Below, piece after piece: positions 26,102 to 36,166 of a DNA stretch of 64,000 nucleotides. The DNA is from Pseudomonadota bacterium. GTDB taxonomy: Bacteria; Desulfobacterota; Desulfobulbia; Desulfobulbales; SURF-16. The notes beneath the pieces are model-generated. The model saw only the letters and a list, made by a program, of their open reading frames with translations. It was not told the origin of the DNA and did no database searches. The translations under genes were made by a program, and so were the position numbers. Each line of letters begins with the position of its first letter. Position 1 is the first letter of the stretch. Location: positions 56,357 through 120,356 of the forward strand of contig JAHILF010000106.1 of the NCBI GenBank assembly GCA_018897105.1, read 5' to 3'.

Positions 26102-29005
26102 ATGCCCATTAAAAAAAGATTTCTTGTTATCCCGCTGCTTGTCTTTCTCTCCGCCTATCTTCCTTATCTGCTCTACCGTGAGGTCAAACAGATAACCATT
26201 GATGAGTTTGACGCCCGGCAGATGGTGTACGCCAGACAGGCCGCCAGAAGCATTGAAAATCTCCTGAATCGTTTTTTCAACGAACTTTCCTATATCGCCA
26301 GTATAGACGACATCGTCCGCATGGGGCCGAAAGGTGAGGAGTTGCTGCGGAAATATTACGAAAAGAACCAGCTGGAGATTCTGGCCATTACCAGAGTGGA
26401 CAGCACAGGGCGTATTATTTATACCGAACCATACAACAGTAAAGCCATCGGCGCGGATATTTCCTCCCAGCCCCATGTTGCCCAGATTTTGCTCACCCAT
26501 AAACCGGTGATCAGTGATGTCTTTACCGCAGTCCAGGGACATCGCTGTATTGCCTATCATGTGCCGGTTATAGCGGATGATGCCTATGCCGGCAGTATGG
26601 CCATTCTGATCCCGTTCTCTCGGATGGCGGAAGAATCACTGGAAACGATCAGGACCGGCGAGTCGGGACATATCTTCATGATCGGCAGAGATGGGGTCGT
26701 GCTCTATTCAGACGAACCGTCACAGACAGGAAAAAAGAGTGATGAGATTTACCACCATTCTCCTGCCGCCCTGGCAATGATCAGGCAGATGACGCAAAGC
26801 GCAGAAGGACGGGCGGTATTGACTTTTGCATCGGGAAAAGGAGAGGTCGGTCATGCCGTCTACAGCCCGGTGGAATTCGGCGCAGGGTTCTGGTCCATTG
26901 CCGTGGTCACGCCTGAGCGGGAGGTGCTTGCCACCATGCGGGGCTTCAAGAACAAGTGGTTCCTGCTGCTTGCCGCTTTAGTCTGCGCGACCTTTGTCTC
27001 TTCCTATTATATTTTTCGCTCATGGGTAGCTGCCAAGGAGGAAACCAAAAGAAAAAAGACGGAAGAGGCGCTACGGGACAGTGAAAGAAACTACCGGGCT
27101 CTGGTGGAAAGTGCCAACAGCATTGTCCTCAAATGGGATACCACGGGCATCATCACCTATCTTAATCCCTTCGGCCTGAAATTTTTCGGCTTCACCTTGG
27201 AGGAGATTCTTGGCAGAAACGTCATGGGTACCATTGTCCCCGAGACGGAGAGCACGGGCCGTGATCTCAAGTACATGATTGATGATATTCTGGTCAATCC
27301 GCTGAAATACAAGAATAATTTCAACCAGAATATGAAAAAATCAGGCGAACGGGTATGGATATCATGGACCAATGAGCCCATTGTCGATTCAGGCGGCAAT
27401 TTTATTGAGATCCAGAGTATCGGGAATGACCTGACCGCCCTGAAAAATGCGGAAGAGGCAATCAAGGAGAGCGAGCGGAAATACAAGATGGTGGCTGATG
27501 CCACCTCGGATATCATCTACGAATATCAGGTAGACGAAGCGAGGTTGACCTATGTTTCGCCCAATTGCGGGGATATCCTCGGCTATAACGCCGATGAACT
27601 GCTAGGACAGTCAGAATTTCCTGAGGCCGTTATCTGTCAGGAAGATGCGGAGGCCATTCGGGAAAGGCGGCGGCAGGCCTTGCGAGGCAGTGAGACAAAG
27701 ATGGCCCTGGAGTATGGCGTTATCTGTAAAAACGGCGATAGGAAATTTGTGGTTGACCACAGCACCCTGCAGCGGGATGAGAACGGCAGGGTGGTCAGCA
27801 TGACCGGTTCCATCAAGGATATCTCTAATCAGAAGGAGCTTGAGGAGAAGCTGCGCAGGGCGGAGAAAATGGAGGCCATCGGCACGCTGGCCGGCGGGGT
27901 GGCCCATGATCTCAATAACATTCTTTCAGGGTTGGTCAGTTATCCGGATCTGTTGCTGCTGAGCCTGCCGGACGACAGCCCGATCAGAAAGACGGTCCTT
28001 ATCATTAAAAAATCCGGGGAAAAGGCAGCGGCAATTGTCAATGATCTTCTGACCTTGGCACGGAGGGGCGTTTCGGTGACCGAGGTCATCAACCTCAATG
28101 CCACGATCAGGGAATTTGTGCAATCTCCGGAGTTCCAGAATATGAAGGCCCGGCATGAGCATGTTCGGCTTGAGCTGCAGCTTGATGAAGAGCTGCTGAA
28201 TATCTCAGGCTCCCCGGTGCATCTGACCAAAACCATTATGAATCTGGTGGTGAATGCCTATGAGTCCATGCCCGGCAGCGGAGAAATCCGCATCACCACG
28301 GAGAATCGATATGTGGACAAGCCGGTGCAGGGATATGATGATGTGCAGGAAGGTGATTATGTGATGCTGACCGTCTCGGATACCGGCCATGGCATAACCC
28401 CAGAGGACCGGCAAAGGATTTTTGAACCTTTCTATACAAAAAAAGTCATGGGCCGCAGCGGAACAGGGCTTGGTCTGGCAGTGGTGTGGGGCACGGTGAA
28501 GGATCATCACGGTTATATCGATGTCCGGTCTAGTCATGGAAAGGGTGCGGACTTTATCCTCTATTTTCCCGTATCCCGCGCACTGCTCAAGAGCAAGGTC
28601 GAGAAGCTGTTTGCCGTTGAGGAATACCGGGGGACAGGTGAATCGATTTTAATCGTCGATGATGTGAGCGAGCAGCGGGAACTGGCCACCCAGATGCTGG
28701 CGCAGATGGGCTACCTGGTGGAATCGGCGGCAAGTGGCGATGAAGCGGTTGCCCTGCTGGTCGATAGAGAGTTTGACCTGCTGGTGCTGGATATGATCAT
28801 GGAGCCGGGTATGGACGGTCTTGACACCTATAAGGCGCTGCTGGGCATCAGAGCGCAGCAGAAGGCCATCATCGCCAGCGGCTATTCCGAAACGGACCGG
28901 GTGCATGAGGCGCAACAGCTGGGTGCCGGCCAGTACCTGCGAAAACCCTACACCCTTGAGAAACTGGTCCGTGCGGTGCGGGATGAGCTGCTCCGGTCCG
29001 CGTGA
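26102..29005 (+). CDS. Hybrid sensor histidine kinase (Cache-like periplasmic domain, two PAS, HisKA, HATPase, REC)
   Basis: The ATG at 26102 (MPIKKRFLVIPLL, TM) is preferred. The H-box is GVAHDLNNIL. ATPase boxes are DTGHGI and GTGLGLAVV. The C-terminal REC has ILIVDDV and DLLVLDMIMEPGMDG. Confidence 0.9.
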   Translation: MPIKKRFLVIPLLVFLSAYLPYLLYREVKQITIDEFDARQMVYARQAARSIENLLNRFFNELSYIASIDDIVRMGPKGEELLRKYYEKNQLEILAITRVDSTGRIIYTEPYNSKAIGADISSQPHVAQILLTHKPVISDVFTAVQGHRCIAYHVPVIADDAYAGSMAILIPFSRMAEESLETIRTGESGHIFMIGRDGVVLYSDEPSQTGKKSDEIYHHSPAALAMIRQMTQSAEGRAVLTFASGKGEVGHAVYSPVEFGAGFWSIAVVTPEREVLATMRGFKNKWFLLLAALVCATFVSSYYIFRSWVAAKEETKRKKTEEALRDSERNYRALVESANSIVLKWDTTGIITYLNPFGLKFFGFTLEEILGRNVMGTIVPETESTGRDLKYMIDDILVNPLKYKNNFNQNMKKSGERVWISWTNEPIVDSGGNFIEIQSIGNDLTALKNAEEAIKESERKYKMVADATSDIIYEYQVDEARLTYVSPNCGDILGYNADELLGQSEFPEAVICQEDAEAIRERRRQALRGSETKMALEYGVICKNGDRKFVVDHSTLQRDENGRVVSMTGSIKDISNQKELEEKLRRAEKMEAIGTLAGGVAHDLNNILSGLVSYPDLLLLSLPDDSPIRKTVLIIKKSGEKAAAIVNDLLTLARRGVSVTEVINLNATIREFVQSPEFQNMKARHEHVRLELQLDEELLNISGSPVHLTKTIMNLVVNAYESMPGSGEIRITTENRYVDKPVQGYDDVQEGDYVMLTVSDTGHGITPEDRQRIFEPFYTKKVMGRSGTGLGLAVVWGTVKDHHGYIDVRSSHGKGADFILYFPVSRALLKSKVEKLFAVEEYRGTGESILIVDDVSEQRELATQMLAQMGYLVESAASGDEAVALLVDREFDLLVLDMIMEPGMDGLDTYKALLGIRAQQKAIIASGYSETDRVHEAQQLGAGQYLRKPYTLEKLVRAVRDELLRSA

Positions 29006-29054
29006 AGGAGCTGCGCCAGGGTGTCCGCCATCGCTTTCGGTCAGCGGCGCGTAT

Positions 29055-30323
29055 CTAATTCATCTGCCGGGCCAGCCTTGCACCCTCTTCCTCGTTGACA
29101 AAGCAGAGAAGAATTGCGCCGCTGACAAATAGGCCGATAATGGCCAGCAGGGACAGCCGGGGACTGCCGGTGAACATGCTGACCAAGCCCATGAGCAGCG
29201 GGCCGATTACCGCGGCAAACTTGCCCAGTATGTTATAAAAGCCGAAAAATTCCCCGGATTTACCAGCTGGAATCAACCGCGAATAAAGCGAGCGGCTGAG
29301 CGACTGCACCCCGCCCTGCACCAGGCCGATGGCCACGGCCAGCAGATAAAATTCCTTGACCGTCTGCATGGACATGGCCCACACCGTTACCAGCAGGTAG
29401 ATAGCAATGCCCAGTAGAATAGCCTTTTTGGTGCCCAGCTTCTCCCCCAGTCTGCCGAAGACCAGGGCGGCGGGAAAGCCGACGAACTGGGTGATGAGCA
29501 GCGCCACTATCAGGCTGCTGGAATCAAAGCCCAGGGCCAGGCCGTAATCAACCGCCATGCGGATAATGGTGTCAATCCCGTCGATATAGAGCCAGTAGCC
29601 GGCAAGAAAGATCAGGACCACCCGCAGTTTGCGTATCTCTTTAAATGTTGTGAAAAGTTGTCGGAAGCCGGCGGTTATCATGCCCTGCCGGATCGATGTG
29701 GCTGGCGGGGCGGGTTCCTTGACCCACAACATGATCGGCAGGGAAAAAACCGCCCACCAGATGCCGACGGTGAGAAAGGAGAGGCGCACTGCCTGAGGGG
29801 CGTCGGCCAGGCCGAAGAGGCCGGGCTTGAGCGTCATCATCACATTGACGGCAAAGAGCAGCCCGCCGCCGAGATAGCCCAGGCTAAAACCCAGGGCAGA
29901 CACCCTGTCCGAGGTGGCAGGGGATGACACATTGACCAGCAGCGAGTCGTAGAAGACATTGCCCCCGGAAAAGCCGATGATGCCGAAGATGTAGAAAAGG
30001 GAGGCCATGAGCCAGGCTCCCTGGGCCACGGTGTAGAGGCCGGCGCTCATCACGATGCCGATCATGGCGAAAAAAAACAGGAATTTCTTTTTCGCTCCGG
30101 CCTGATCGGCCATGGCGCCCAGTATGGGGGCGAGAAAGATGACCACCAGGCTGCCGATGGAGTTGGCCAGGCCCAGCCGGAAGGTGCTGGTGGAGACCTC
30201 GACGCCGCTGCACCAGTACTGTTTGAAGAAGATGGGGAAGAATCCGGCCATGATGCTGGTGGCAAAGGCGGAATTGGCCCAGTCGTAGAAGGCCCAGCCA
30301 AGTGTCTCTCGATTTATCTTCAT
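29055..30323 (-). CDS. MFS transporter (UMF1/Atg22-like)
   Basis: The 422-aa protein has about 12 TM helices. The N-terminus GWAFYDWANSAFATSI is typical of the UMF1 subgroup. Confidence 0.85.
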   Translation of the reverse strand: MKINRETLGWAFYDWANSAFATSIMAGFFPIFFKQYWCSGVEVSTSTFRLGLANSIGSLVVIFLAPILGAMADQAGAKKKFLFFFAMIGIVMSAGLYTVAQGAWLMASLFYIFGIIGFSGGNVFYDSLLVNVSSPATSDRVSALGFSLGYLGGGLLFAVNVMMTLKPGLFGLADAPQAVRLSFLTVGIWWAVFSLPIMLWVKEPAPPATSIRQGMITAGFRQLFTTFKEIRKLRVVLIFLAGYWLYIDGIDTIIRMAVDYGLALGFDSSSLIVALLITQFVGFPAALVFGRLGEKLGTKKAILLGIAIYLLVTVWAMSMQTVKEFYLLAVAIGLVQGGVQSLSRSLYSRLIPAGKSGEFFGFYNILGKFAAVIGPLLMGLVSMFTGSPRLSLLAIIGLFVSGAILLCFVNEEEGARLARQMN

Positions 30324-30363
30324 GGATTGCTGATTATGCCGTTGCTGACTTGGCTTGTAAGAA

Positions 30364-31134
30364 TCACTGTTCCAGCGCGTGCAGATGTTGGAGAATCCGT
30401 TCAGGGAAATCCGTCACCAGGCCTTTGGCATGGCGTTGCAGGGCCAGTTCCGCCTCCTGGGCCGTGTTGATTGTATACACCCCGGCAAAGATGCCATGTG
30501 CGGCAATATCAGCTCCAAACTCCGGGGTCAGCTCCTCAAGCGAACAGACAAAGGCCTGGCAGCCGGTGTCCTGCAGCACGAGGGCGGGCAGCCTTTTGTC
30601 CCCCGGGGGCAGCAGGGCGGCGGTATGAAATCCCTGCTTGAGCGCGTTCAGGTACCTCAGCGAGTCATGATGAAAAGAGGAGAACATGGTAAACGGCGTC
30701 ATGGCAGCGCTCGCGGTGGCCGCGGTAATCAGCCTGATGCGTTTCTGCCAATCTTCACCCGCTGTCGGCGGTTTGATCTCCACATTGATGCACGCCTTGC
30801 CCCTGATCAACTGGAAAACGTCATCAAGCAGGGGGATTTTTTCGCCACGGAATCGGTCGGCAAACCAGGAACCGGCATCCAGCTTTTTAAGCTCTTCATA
30901 GGAGAAACTGCAGATCTCGCCATGACCGTTGGTGGTCCGCTCCAGGGTTTCATCGTGGAAGACAACTATCTGATCATCAGTGGTGATCTGCACATCGATC
31001 TCAAGCATCAGGGCTCCGACTTCGAGAGCGAGACCCATGGCGGTCAGGGTGTTTTCCGGCGCCGTACCGGAGGCGCCGCGATGGGCGACGACAAGATGGG
31101 GATGTTCTACGACGAGATCCTGCAGTGATTTCAT
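30364..31134 (-). CDS. Glycerophosphodiester phosphodiesterase family protein
   Basis: VVAHRGASGTAPENTLTAM and LEIDVQIT, HDETLERTT are GDPD motifs. The Met at 31134 is preferred over the longer ORF start at 31194. Confidence 0.85.
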   Translation of the reverse strand: MKSLQDLVVEHPHLVVAHRGASGTAPENTLTAMGLALEVGALMLEIDVQITTDDQIVVFHDETLERTTNGHGEICSFSYEELKKLDAGSWFADRFRGEKIPLLDDVFQLIRGKACINVEIKPPTAGEDWQKRIRLITAATASAAMTPFTMFSSFHHDSLRYLNALKQGFHTAALLPPGDKRLPALVLQDTGCQAFVCSLEELTPEFGADIAAHGIFAGVYTINTAQEAELALQRHAKGLVTDFPERILQHLHALEQ

Positions 31135-31247
31135 GGTGTCGGTTTTTTTGTTTATGAGGTTATGTTTTTTGGGTTGCCCGGGCAGGGCGGGCACAAGGCC
31201 CTCCCCAACCGGGGTACCGGGGGTGCCCTTTTTCCCCGCCTTACTTC

Positions 31248-32075
31248 TTATTTTTCACTTCTCTCTTCTTTGTTCAGAAAATCCTCCAGACCTTTTTTGT
31301 ATCTGACGGCGGAGAGGAGAAAGCCTGCATTGTGGTTGCCGCTGATCTGCAGAAATGTTTTCGGTGCATGGGCTGCGGCAAAGAGCCTGCGGCCTTGACT
31401 GAAGGGGACAATGTCATCATCAGGGCTGTGAATAATGAGCAGCGGGCAGTTGATTTTTTTGACGGCAGCTTCGGCGTTGTATTGAAAGCGGCAGAGCATG
31501 CGGCCCGGGAAAAAGGGATACATGGCAGCGGCCATGTCTTGAGCCGAGGTAAAGGTGGATTCAAGGATGCAGGCCCGGGGCTCTTTCATGCTGCACAAGC
31601 TGGCGGCTATGGCCCCGCCCAGGGAACGACCGAAAACGATGATCTGCGAGTAGCTGATATTTTCCCGGCTGACCAGATAGTCCCAGGCCGCCTCAACATC
31701 CAGGTAGGTGCCTGCTTCAGACGGTGTTCCCTCGCTTTTTCCGTAACCCCGATAATCAAAAATAAAGGTGGAATAGCCCAGCTGGTGGAAGATGTCAATG
31801 GTCTCCAGGCGGTGGGAGATATTGCCGGCATTGCCGTGGCAGAAGAGTATGACTCCCTTGGCCTCGGCTGCCGGGATGAACCAGGCGTCCAGTTTGACAT
31901 TGTCAGCTGTGGCAAAGGTGACAGACCGGTACCTGAGGCCCAGTTTTTCCGGGGTGGAGAAAATGGTGGGGTCCGGAAAATAGATGAAGCGTGACTGGTT
32001 GACGAACAACGTGGCCCCGAAACAGACATAAACAGCGGCAAAAAGAAGCGCCAGCGACAGCAAGGTCTGAAACAT
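31248..32075 (-). CDS. Alpha/beta hydrolase
   Basis: An N-terminal TM helix is followed by HGNAGN. The nucleophile elbow is GRSLGG (GxSxG), and downstream D and H residues are present. Confidence 0.85.
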   Translation of the reverse strand: MFQTLLSLALLFAAVYVCFGATLFVNQSRFIYFPDPTIFSTPEKLGLRYRSVTFATADNVKLDAWFIPAAEAKGVILFCHGNAGNISHRLETIDIFHQLGYSTFIFDYRGYGKSEGTPSEAGTYLDVEAAWDYLVSRENISYSQIIVFGRSLGGAIAASLCSMKEPRACILESTFTSAQDMAAAMYPFFPGRMLCRFQYNAEAAVKKINCPLLIIHSPDDDIVPFSQGRRLFAAAHAPKTFLQISGNHNAGFLLSAVRYKKGLEDFLNKEERSEK

Positions 32076-32089
32076 TTTCTTGTGCTTAC

Positions 32090-33871
32090 CTATCCCCTTG
32101 GCGCGCCACTTTTCAGCTTCTGCTGCCAGTACTCTTTGATGGACTGACCCATGTTGCCCACGCTTGAGTTAACCGCCTTGCGCAGTTCCTCGTCCATGTT
32201 GAGGGGGGTGAACTTGGCGGTGCCAGAAGCAGGTGGGCCTGCTGCGGCGCCGGTTTCCATGTCAACGGCCCGCACCGTGAAAGATACGGTGGTTAAGGTC
32301 TGCGACCTGCCGTAATACTGCAGGGGCATGGAGCCGGTCTGCTGGACCTGGGAGATGAGCACAATATTGGCGGACTGGCTGGGCACCAGCCTTTGGATAT
32401 CATACCAGGAGATGGGCAGGCTGCCCATCTGCATCTTTTCCATGAGCACAGGAATTTCAGCATCAGAGGTGACATGCAGGCCGCTGTTGGTCAGGGCGGC
32501 TTCGATATGGTTCTGCACAAAGGGAGCCAGGGTTTCGTCGCCTGAGACAATGGTCAGCACCACCGGGATGGTGGGCAGCGCGGCCTTTTTCTCCACCTTG
32601 GTCGTCTGCACGGGGGGCGTCCGCACGGGCGGTGTGGCAACAACAGCAGGGGGTGGCGCAAGGGTTGATGACGCCTCTCTCTCCTGTTGGTCAACAGTCG
32701 CTTGTCGGGGGGGTGCCGTTGGGGCTTCCGACGTGGTTGCGGTGGCCGGTCCTGCAGGGAGTTGCTCTGTGCTGCTTTTTTCTTTAACCGTCATTTCCTG
32801 GACCGGGGGCACCAGGGTTTCCTTGGCTGATTTTTCCTGTTTCAACCTGTGCAGCAGGGCATCCACCGTCCACATGGACAACAGAATGGCGATGATGATG
32901 CCGGCAGCCATGGCCAGCACCTTGGTGCGGTTGCCCTTTTCCTTTTCTGCTTCTGCAGGAACGGGTGGGGGTGTAGGAGGCACTGGTAGGGGTCGGGAGG
33001 TCGGGATTCTGCCGGTAACGGGTAGTACAATATGCAGCTGACCCATACAGGAAACAATGGCATCCGTCACCTCGGACGGTGTCTGGAAGCGCTGGTTAAT
33101 ATCCTTGGCCGTCAGTTTGTCGATCAGCTCGCAGACCGGTTTGGGCAGGGACGGATTGACCGTGGCGATGGGCCTGATGGGCTCGGTGATGATTTTTGCC
33201 ACCACGGCCAGGGGTGATTCGCCGGTGACCGGCGGTTCGCCGGACACCATTTTGTAGAGCAGTGCACCCAGGGAATAAATATCGCTACGTATATCCAGTT
33301 TCGCCCCGCTGGCCTGCTCCGGCGAGGAGTATTCCGGGGTTCCCATGTACAGACCGGTCTGGGTGAGTTTGGCGTCGGCATCCTGAAAATAGGCAATGCC
33401 GTAATCAGTGATCTTGATCCTGCCCAGGGAATCGATCATGATATTGGATGGCTTCAGGTCGCGGTGCACCACGCCCTTGGTTGCCGCCTCTTCAAGGGCA
33501 TCGGCGATCTGTAGGGCAATGGGCAGGGCCTCCTCCAGGGAAATGGATTTCTTTTCCTTGAGGATCTGGCCGAGGTCCGTTCCCTTGACATATTCCATGG
33601 CAAAATAGTGAAGCCCGTTTTCCTCCCCATAGGAGAGAATGTTGACAATGTGCGGATGGCTCAGGGCGGCCACAACCTTTGCCTCTCTCTTGAAGCGTTT
33701 AATGAATTCATCATCGCCGGACAGCCTTTCAGAGAGAATTTTCAAGGCAACCATTCTGTTCAGGGAAAGTTCATGGGCCTTGTAGACAACGCCCATGCCG
33801 CCCCTGCCTAATTCCTTTTCCAGCTGGAATCCGCCAATTACGCTCCCGGTTTCAATCTGATTCAGCTTCAT
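32090..33871 (-). CDS. Hanks-type Ser/Thr protein kinase with a TM helix and an extracytoplasmic C-terminal domain
   Basis: GRGGMGVVYKA, VALK, HRDLKPSNIM, DYGIA and SPEQ motifs are present. A Pro-rich linker, the TM helix VLAMAAGIIIAILLSMW and a C-terminal domain of about 180 aa follow. Confidence 0.9.
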   Translation of the reverse strand: MKLNQIETGSVIGGFQLEKELGRGGMGVVYKAHELSLNRMVALKILSERLSGDDEFIKRFKREAKVVAALSHPHIVNILSYGEENGLHYFAMEYVKGTDLGQILKEKKSISLEEALPIALQIADALEEAATKGVVHRDLKPSNIMIDSLGRIKITDYGIAYFQDADAKLTQTGLYMGTPEYSSPEQASGAKLDIRSDIYSLGALLYKMVSGEPPVTGESPLAVVAKIITEPIRPIATVNPSLPKPVCELIDKLTAKDINQRFQTPSEVTDAIVSCMGQLHIVLPVTGRIPTSRPLPVPPTPPPVPAEAEKEKGNRTKVLAMAAGIIIAILLSMWTVDALLHRLKQEKSAKETLVPPVQEMTVKEKSSTEQLPAGPATATTSEAPTAPPRQATVDQQEREASSTLAPPPAVVATPPVRTPPVQTTKVEKKAALPTIPVVLTIVSGDETLAPFVQNHIEAALTNSGLHVTSDAEIPVLMEKMQMGSLPISWYDIQRLVPSQSANIVLISQVQQTGSMPLQYYGRSQTLTTVSFTVRAVDMETGAAAGPPASGTAKFTPLNMDEELRKAVNSSVGNMGQSIKEYWQQKLKSGAPRG

Positions 33872-34060
33872 TTGCCGTTCCCTTGTATGTGAAAAGATAT
33901 CCGCACAACAGCACCAAGTTTGAAAAAAATTATAACAGATTTGATCGTAAAATCCTTTACAAATGAAGCAAATTAATAGAAAAATAAAGCAAAATGTATT
34001 ATTGATTTTGAGGTGTTTTGGGGTGATGTTCTTTTTTTCTTTTATTTATGAGGGGGCCAG

Positions 34061-35083
34061 ATGATGAAATTGCAGCTCAGTTTGGCGATGTGCCTTGTTT
34101 ATTTTGCTTCGATGCTATCGCTTGCCGGTTGTGTAACACCCGGCACCACTGCCACGGTGACGTCCGGACAGGGTGGGCCGGATATTGGTCAGGCCCAGGC
34201 GGAGGCCTATAACGGGCCCAAGGCCAGGATCGCTGTGGCCCGCTTCAAGGATAAGACGGATAAAGGCTGGTGGTCCGGCAGTATTGGTGATGGTATGGCT
34301 GATCAGCTGACCACCGCCCTGTTCAACACCAATCGTTTTATTGTCCTGGAGCGTGCGGCCCTGGAAGATGTCCTGACCGAACAGGACCTGGGAGCCTCGG
34401 GCCGGGTCCGGGCGGATACTGCCGCCGAGATCGGCCAGATCGAGGGCGCTGAATTGATGGTAGTAGCCGCGGTTACGGAATTTCAAGGTGGCACATCCGG
34501 GGCGAGCGGCAGCCTTGGCGGTGGCACTGCAGGGCTTATCGGCGGTCTGTTGGGCGGCTTTCAAAAGTCCCATATGGCCATCGACCTGCGCATCATCGAT
34601 TCGAAAACCTCTCGTGTCCTTGCCGCCACCAGTGTTGAAGGCGAGGCCACTGATGTGAATCTTGGCGGGCTGTTAGGCGGTTACGGCGGTGCAGGTGCGC
34701 TGGTGGGCGGTCTTTCCGGCTGGAAGAACACCCCGACGGAAAAGGCTCTCAGGATCTGCATCCAGAAGGCCGTAGATTTTATCGTCACCAAAACTCCGCA
34801 GACCTATTATCATTACGGGGCGCAGCCGGCTGCCGCTCCCGCCCCTGCTCCGGCAACATCCTACCAGGCTCCGGCCGGTGCATCATCCGGCGAAATGGTT
34901 GTGGTTGTGCCTGAGTCCCTGAATGTCCGTAGCGGGCCCGGAGAAAATTTCTCCGTTGTCTTCTCCGCCAAGGGCGGTGACCGGTTATCCGTTCTGGAGA
35001 AACAGGACAAGTGGCTCAGAGTCAAAGCCCAGGACGGCAGGGAAGGATGGACTGCCGGCTGGCTGACATCACCAGTGCATTAA
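34061..35083 (+). CDS. CsgG-family lipoprotein with a C-terminal SH3b domain
   Basis: The lipobox is LSLAGC. A CsgG-like region reads IAVARFKDKT...GDGMADQLTTALFNTNRFIVLERAALEDVLTEQDLG. The C-terminal segment LNVRSGPGENFSVVF...WLRVKAQDGREGWTAGWL is SH3b-like. Confidence 0.8.
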   Translation: MMKLQLSLAMCLVYFASMLSLAGCVTPGTTATVTSGQGGPDIGQAQAEAYNGPKARIAVARFKDKTDKGWWSGSIGDGMADQLTTALFNTNRFIVLERAALEDVLTEQDLGASGRVRADTAAEIGQIEGAELMVVAAVTEFQGGTSGASGSLGGGTAGLIGGLLGGFQKSHMAIDLRIIDSKTSRVLAATSVEGEATDVNLGGLLGGYGGAGALVGGLSGWKNTPTEKALRICIQKAVDFIVTKTPQTYYHYGAQPAAAPAPAPATSYQAPAGASSGEMVVVVPESLNVRSGPGENFSVVFSAKGGDRLSVLEKQDKWLRVKAQDGREGWTAGWLTSPVH

Positions 35084-35142
35084 ACATAAGCAGCTGCGGG
35101 CCAAGGCCCATGCTTTAAAAAATTGAGGGGACCGGAGGTTGC

Positions 35143-36156
35143 CTACTTCCAGATTCCCTCTATTTTTTCCTTGCAGCCGGGACAGTACCCATCGACCATG
35201 TTGTTCCTTCTGATGCTGAAGCCGAAACGGGTGATCAGTTCCATGCGGCAGGAGGGACAATAGGTGTTCTCACCCCCCTCTCCGGGGACATTTCCCTCAT
35301 AGACAAAGCGCAATCCCTCCTCCCGTCCGATTTCTCTGGCCCTGCGCAGGGTGCTTGCCGGTGTGCGGTCCCGGTCCATCATCTGATAGGTTGGGTAGAA
35401 GGCGGTCACATGCCAGGGTATGGCGGGATCCACGTTTTTCAGGAATCTAGCCACCTCCCGCAACTCCTGGGATGAATCGTTCAGGCCCGGGATGATCAGG
35501 GTTGTCACCTCCACCCAGACACCCAGTTCTCGCATGAGGCGCACATTGTCCAGCACCGGCTGCAGCCTCGCCTTGCATATCTTTTTGTAGAAGCTTTCGG
35601 TAAAGGCCTTGACGTCGATGTTGATGCCGTCCAGCACCGGCGCCAGATGGCGGGTGACATCCGGTGACATGTAACCGTTGCTGACAAAGACATTTTTGAG
35701 GCCCTTCTCGCGGGCCAGCACGCAGCAGTCATAGGCAAATTCATAGAAGATGGTGGGCTCCACGTAGGTATAGCTGATGCTTTGGCATCGCTGTTCCGCA
35801 GCATCCTCGACGACCTCTTCGGGGTTGGCCGGCTGGCCGATGATTGCCCCTCCCTGCATGCGGGGATACTGGGAAATCTGGTAATTCTGGCAGTGCAGGC
35901 AACGGAAGTTGCAGCCCACGGTGGCTATGGAATAGGACGAAGAGCCGGGCAGAAAATGAAACATCGGTTTTTTTTCGATGGGATCAATGTTTTGCGATAC
36001 CAGTCTGCCGTAGACGAGACTGTACAGGGTGCCATTCTGGTTTTCCCTTACGCCGCAGATTCCCCTTCCGCCTTCTTTGATGTGGCAATGGTGATTGCAA
36101 AGATCGCAGATCACCTCATTATGCTCACCAGTGTGAAAAAAAAGGGCCTTCTTCAT
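35143..36156 (-). CDS. AmmeMemoRadiSam-system-type radical SAM enzyme
   Basis: The N-terminal Cys cluster is CDLCNHHCHIKEGGRGICGVR. The radical SAM motif is CNFRCLHCQN (Cx3Cx2C). Overall it resembles the PflA-like AmmeMemoRadiSam family. Confidence 0.8.
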   Translation of the reverse strand: MKKALFFHTGEHNEVICDLCNHHCHIKEGGRGICGVRENQNGTLYSLVYGRLVSQNIDPIEKKPMFHFLPGSSSYSIATVGCNFRCLHCQNYQISQYPRMQGGAIIGQPANPEEVVEDAAEQRCQSISYTYVEPTIFYEFAYDCCVLAREKGLKNVFVSNGYMSPDVTRHLAPVLDGINIDVKAFTESFYKKICKARLQPVLDNVRLMRELGVWVEVTTLIIPGLNDSSQELREVARFLKNVDPAIPWHVTAFYPTYQMMDRDRTPASTLRRAREIGREEGLRFVYEGNVPGEGGENTYCPSCRMELITRFGFSIRRNNMVDGYCPGCKEKIEGIWK

Positions 36157-36166
36157 GGTTGCCTCC

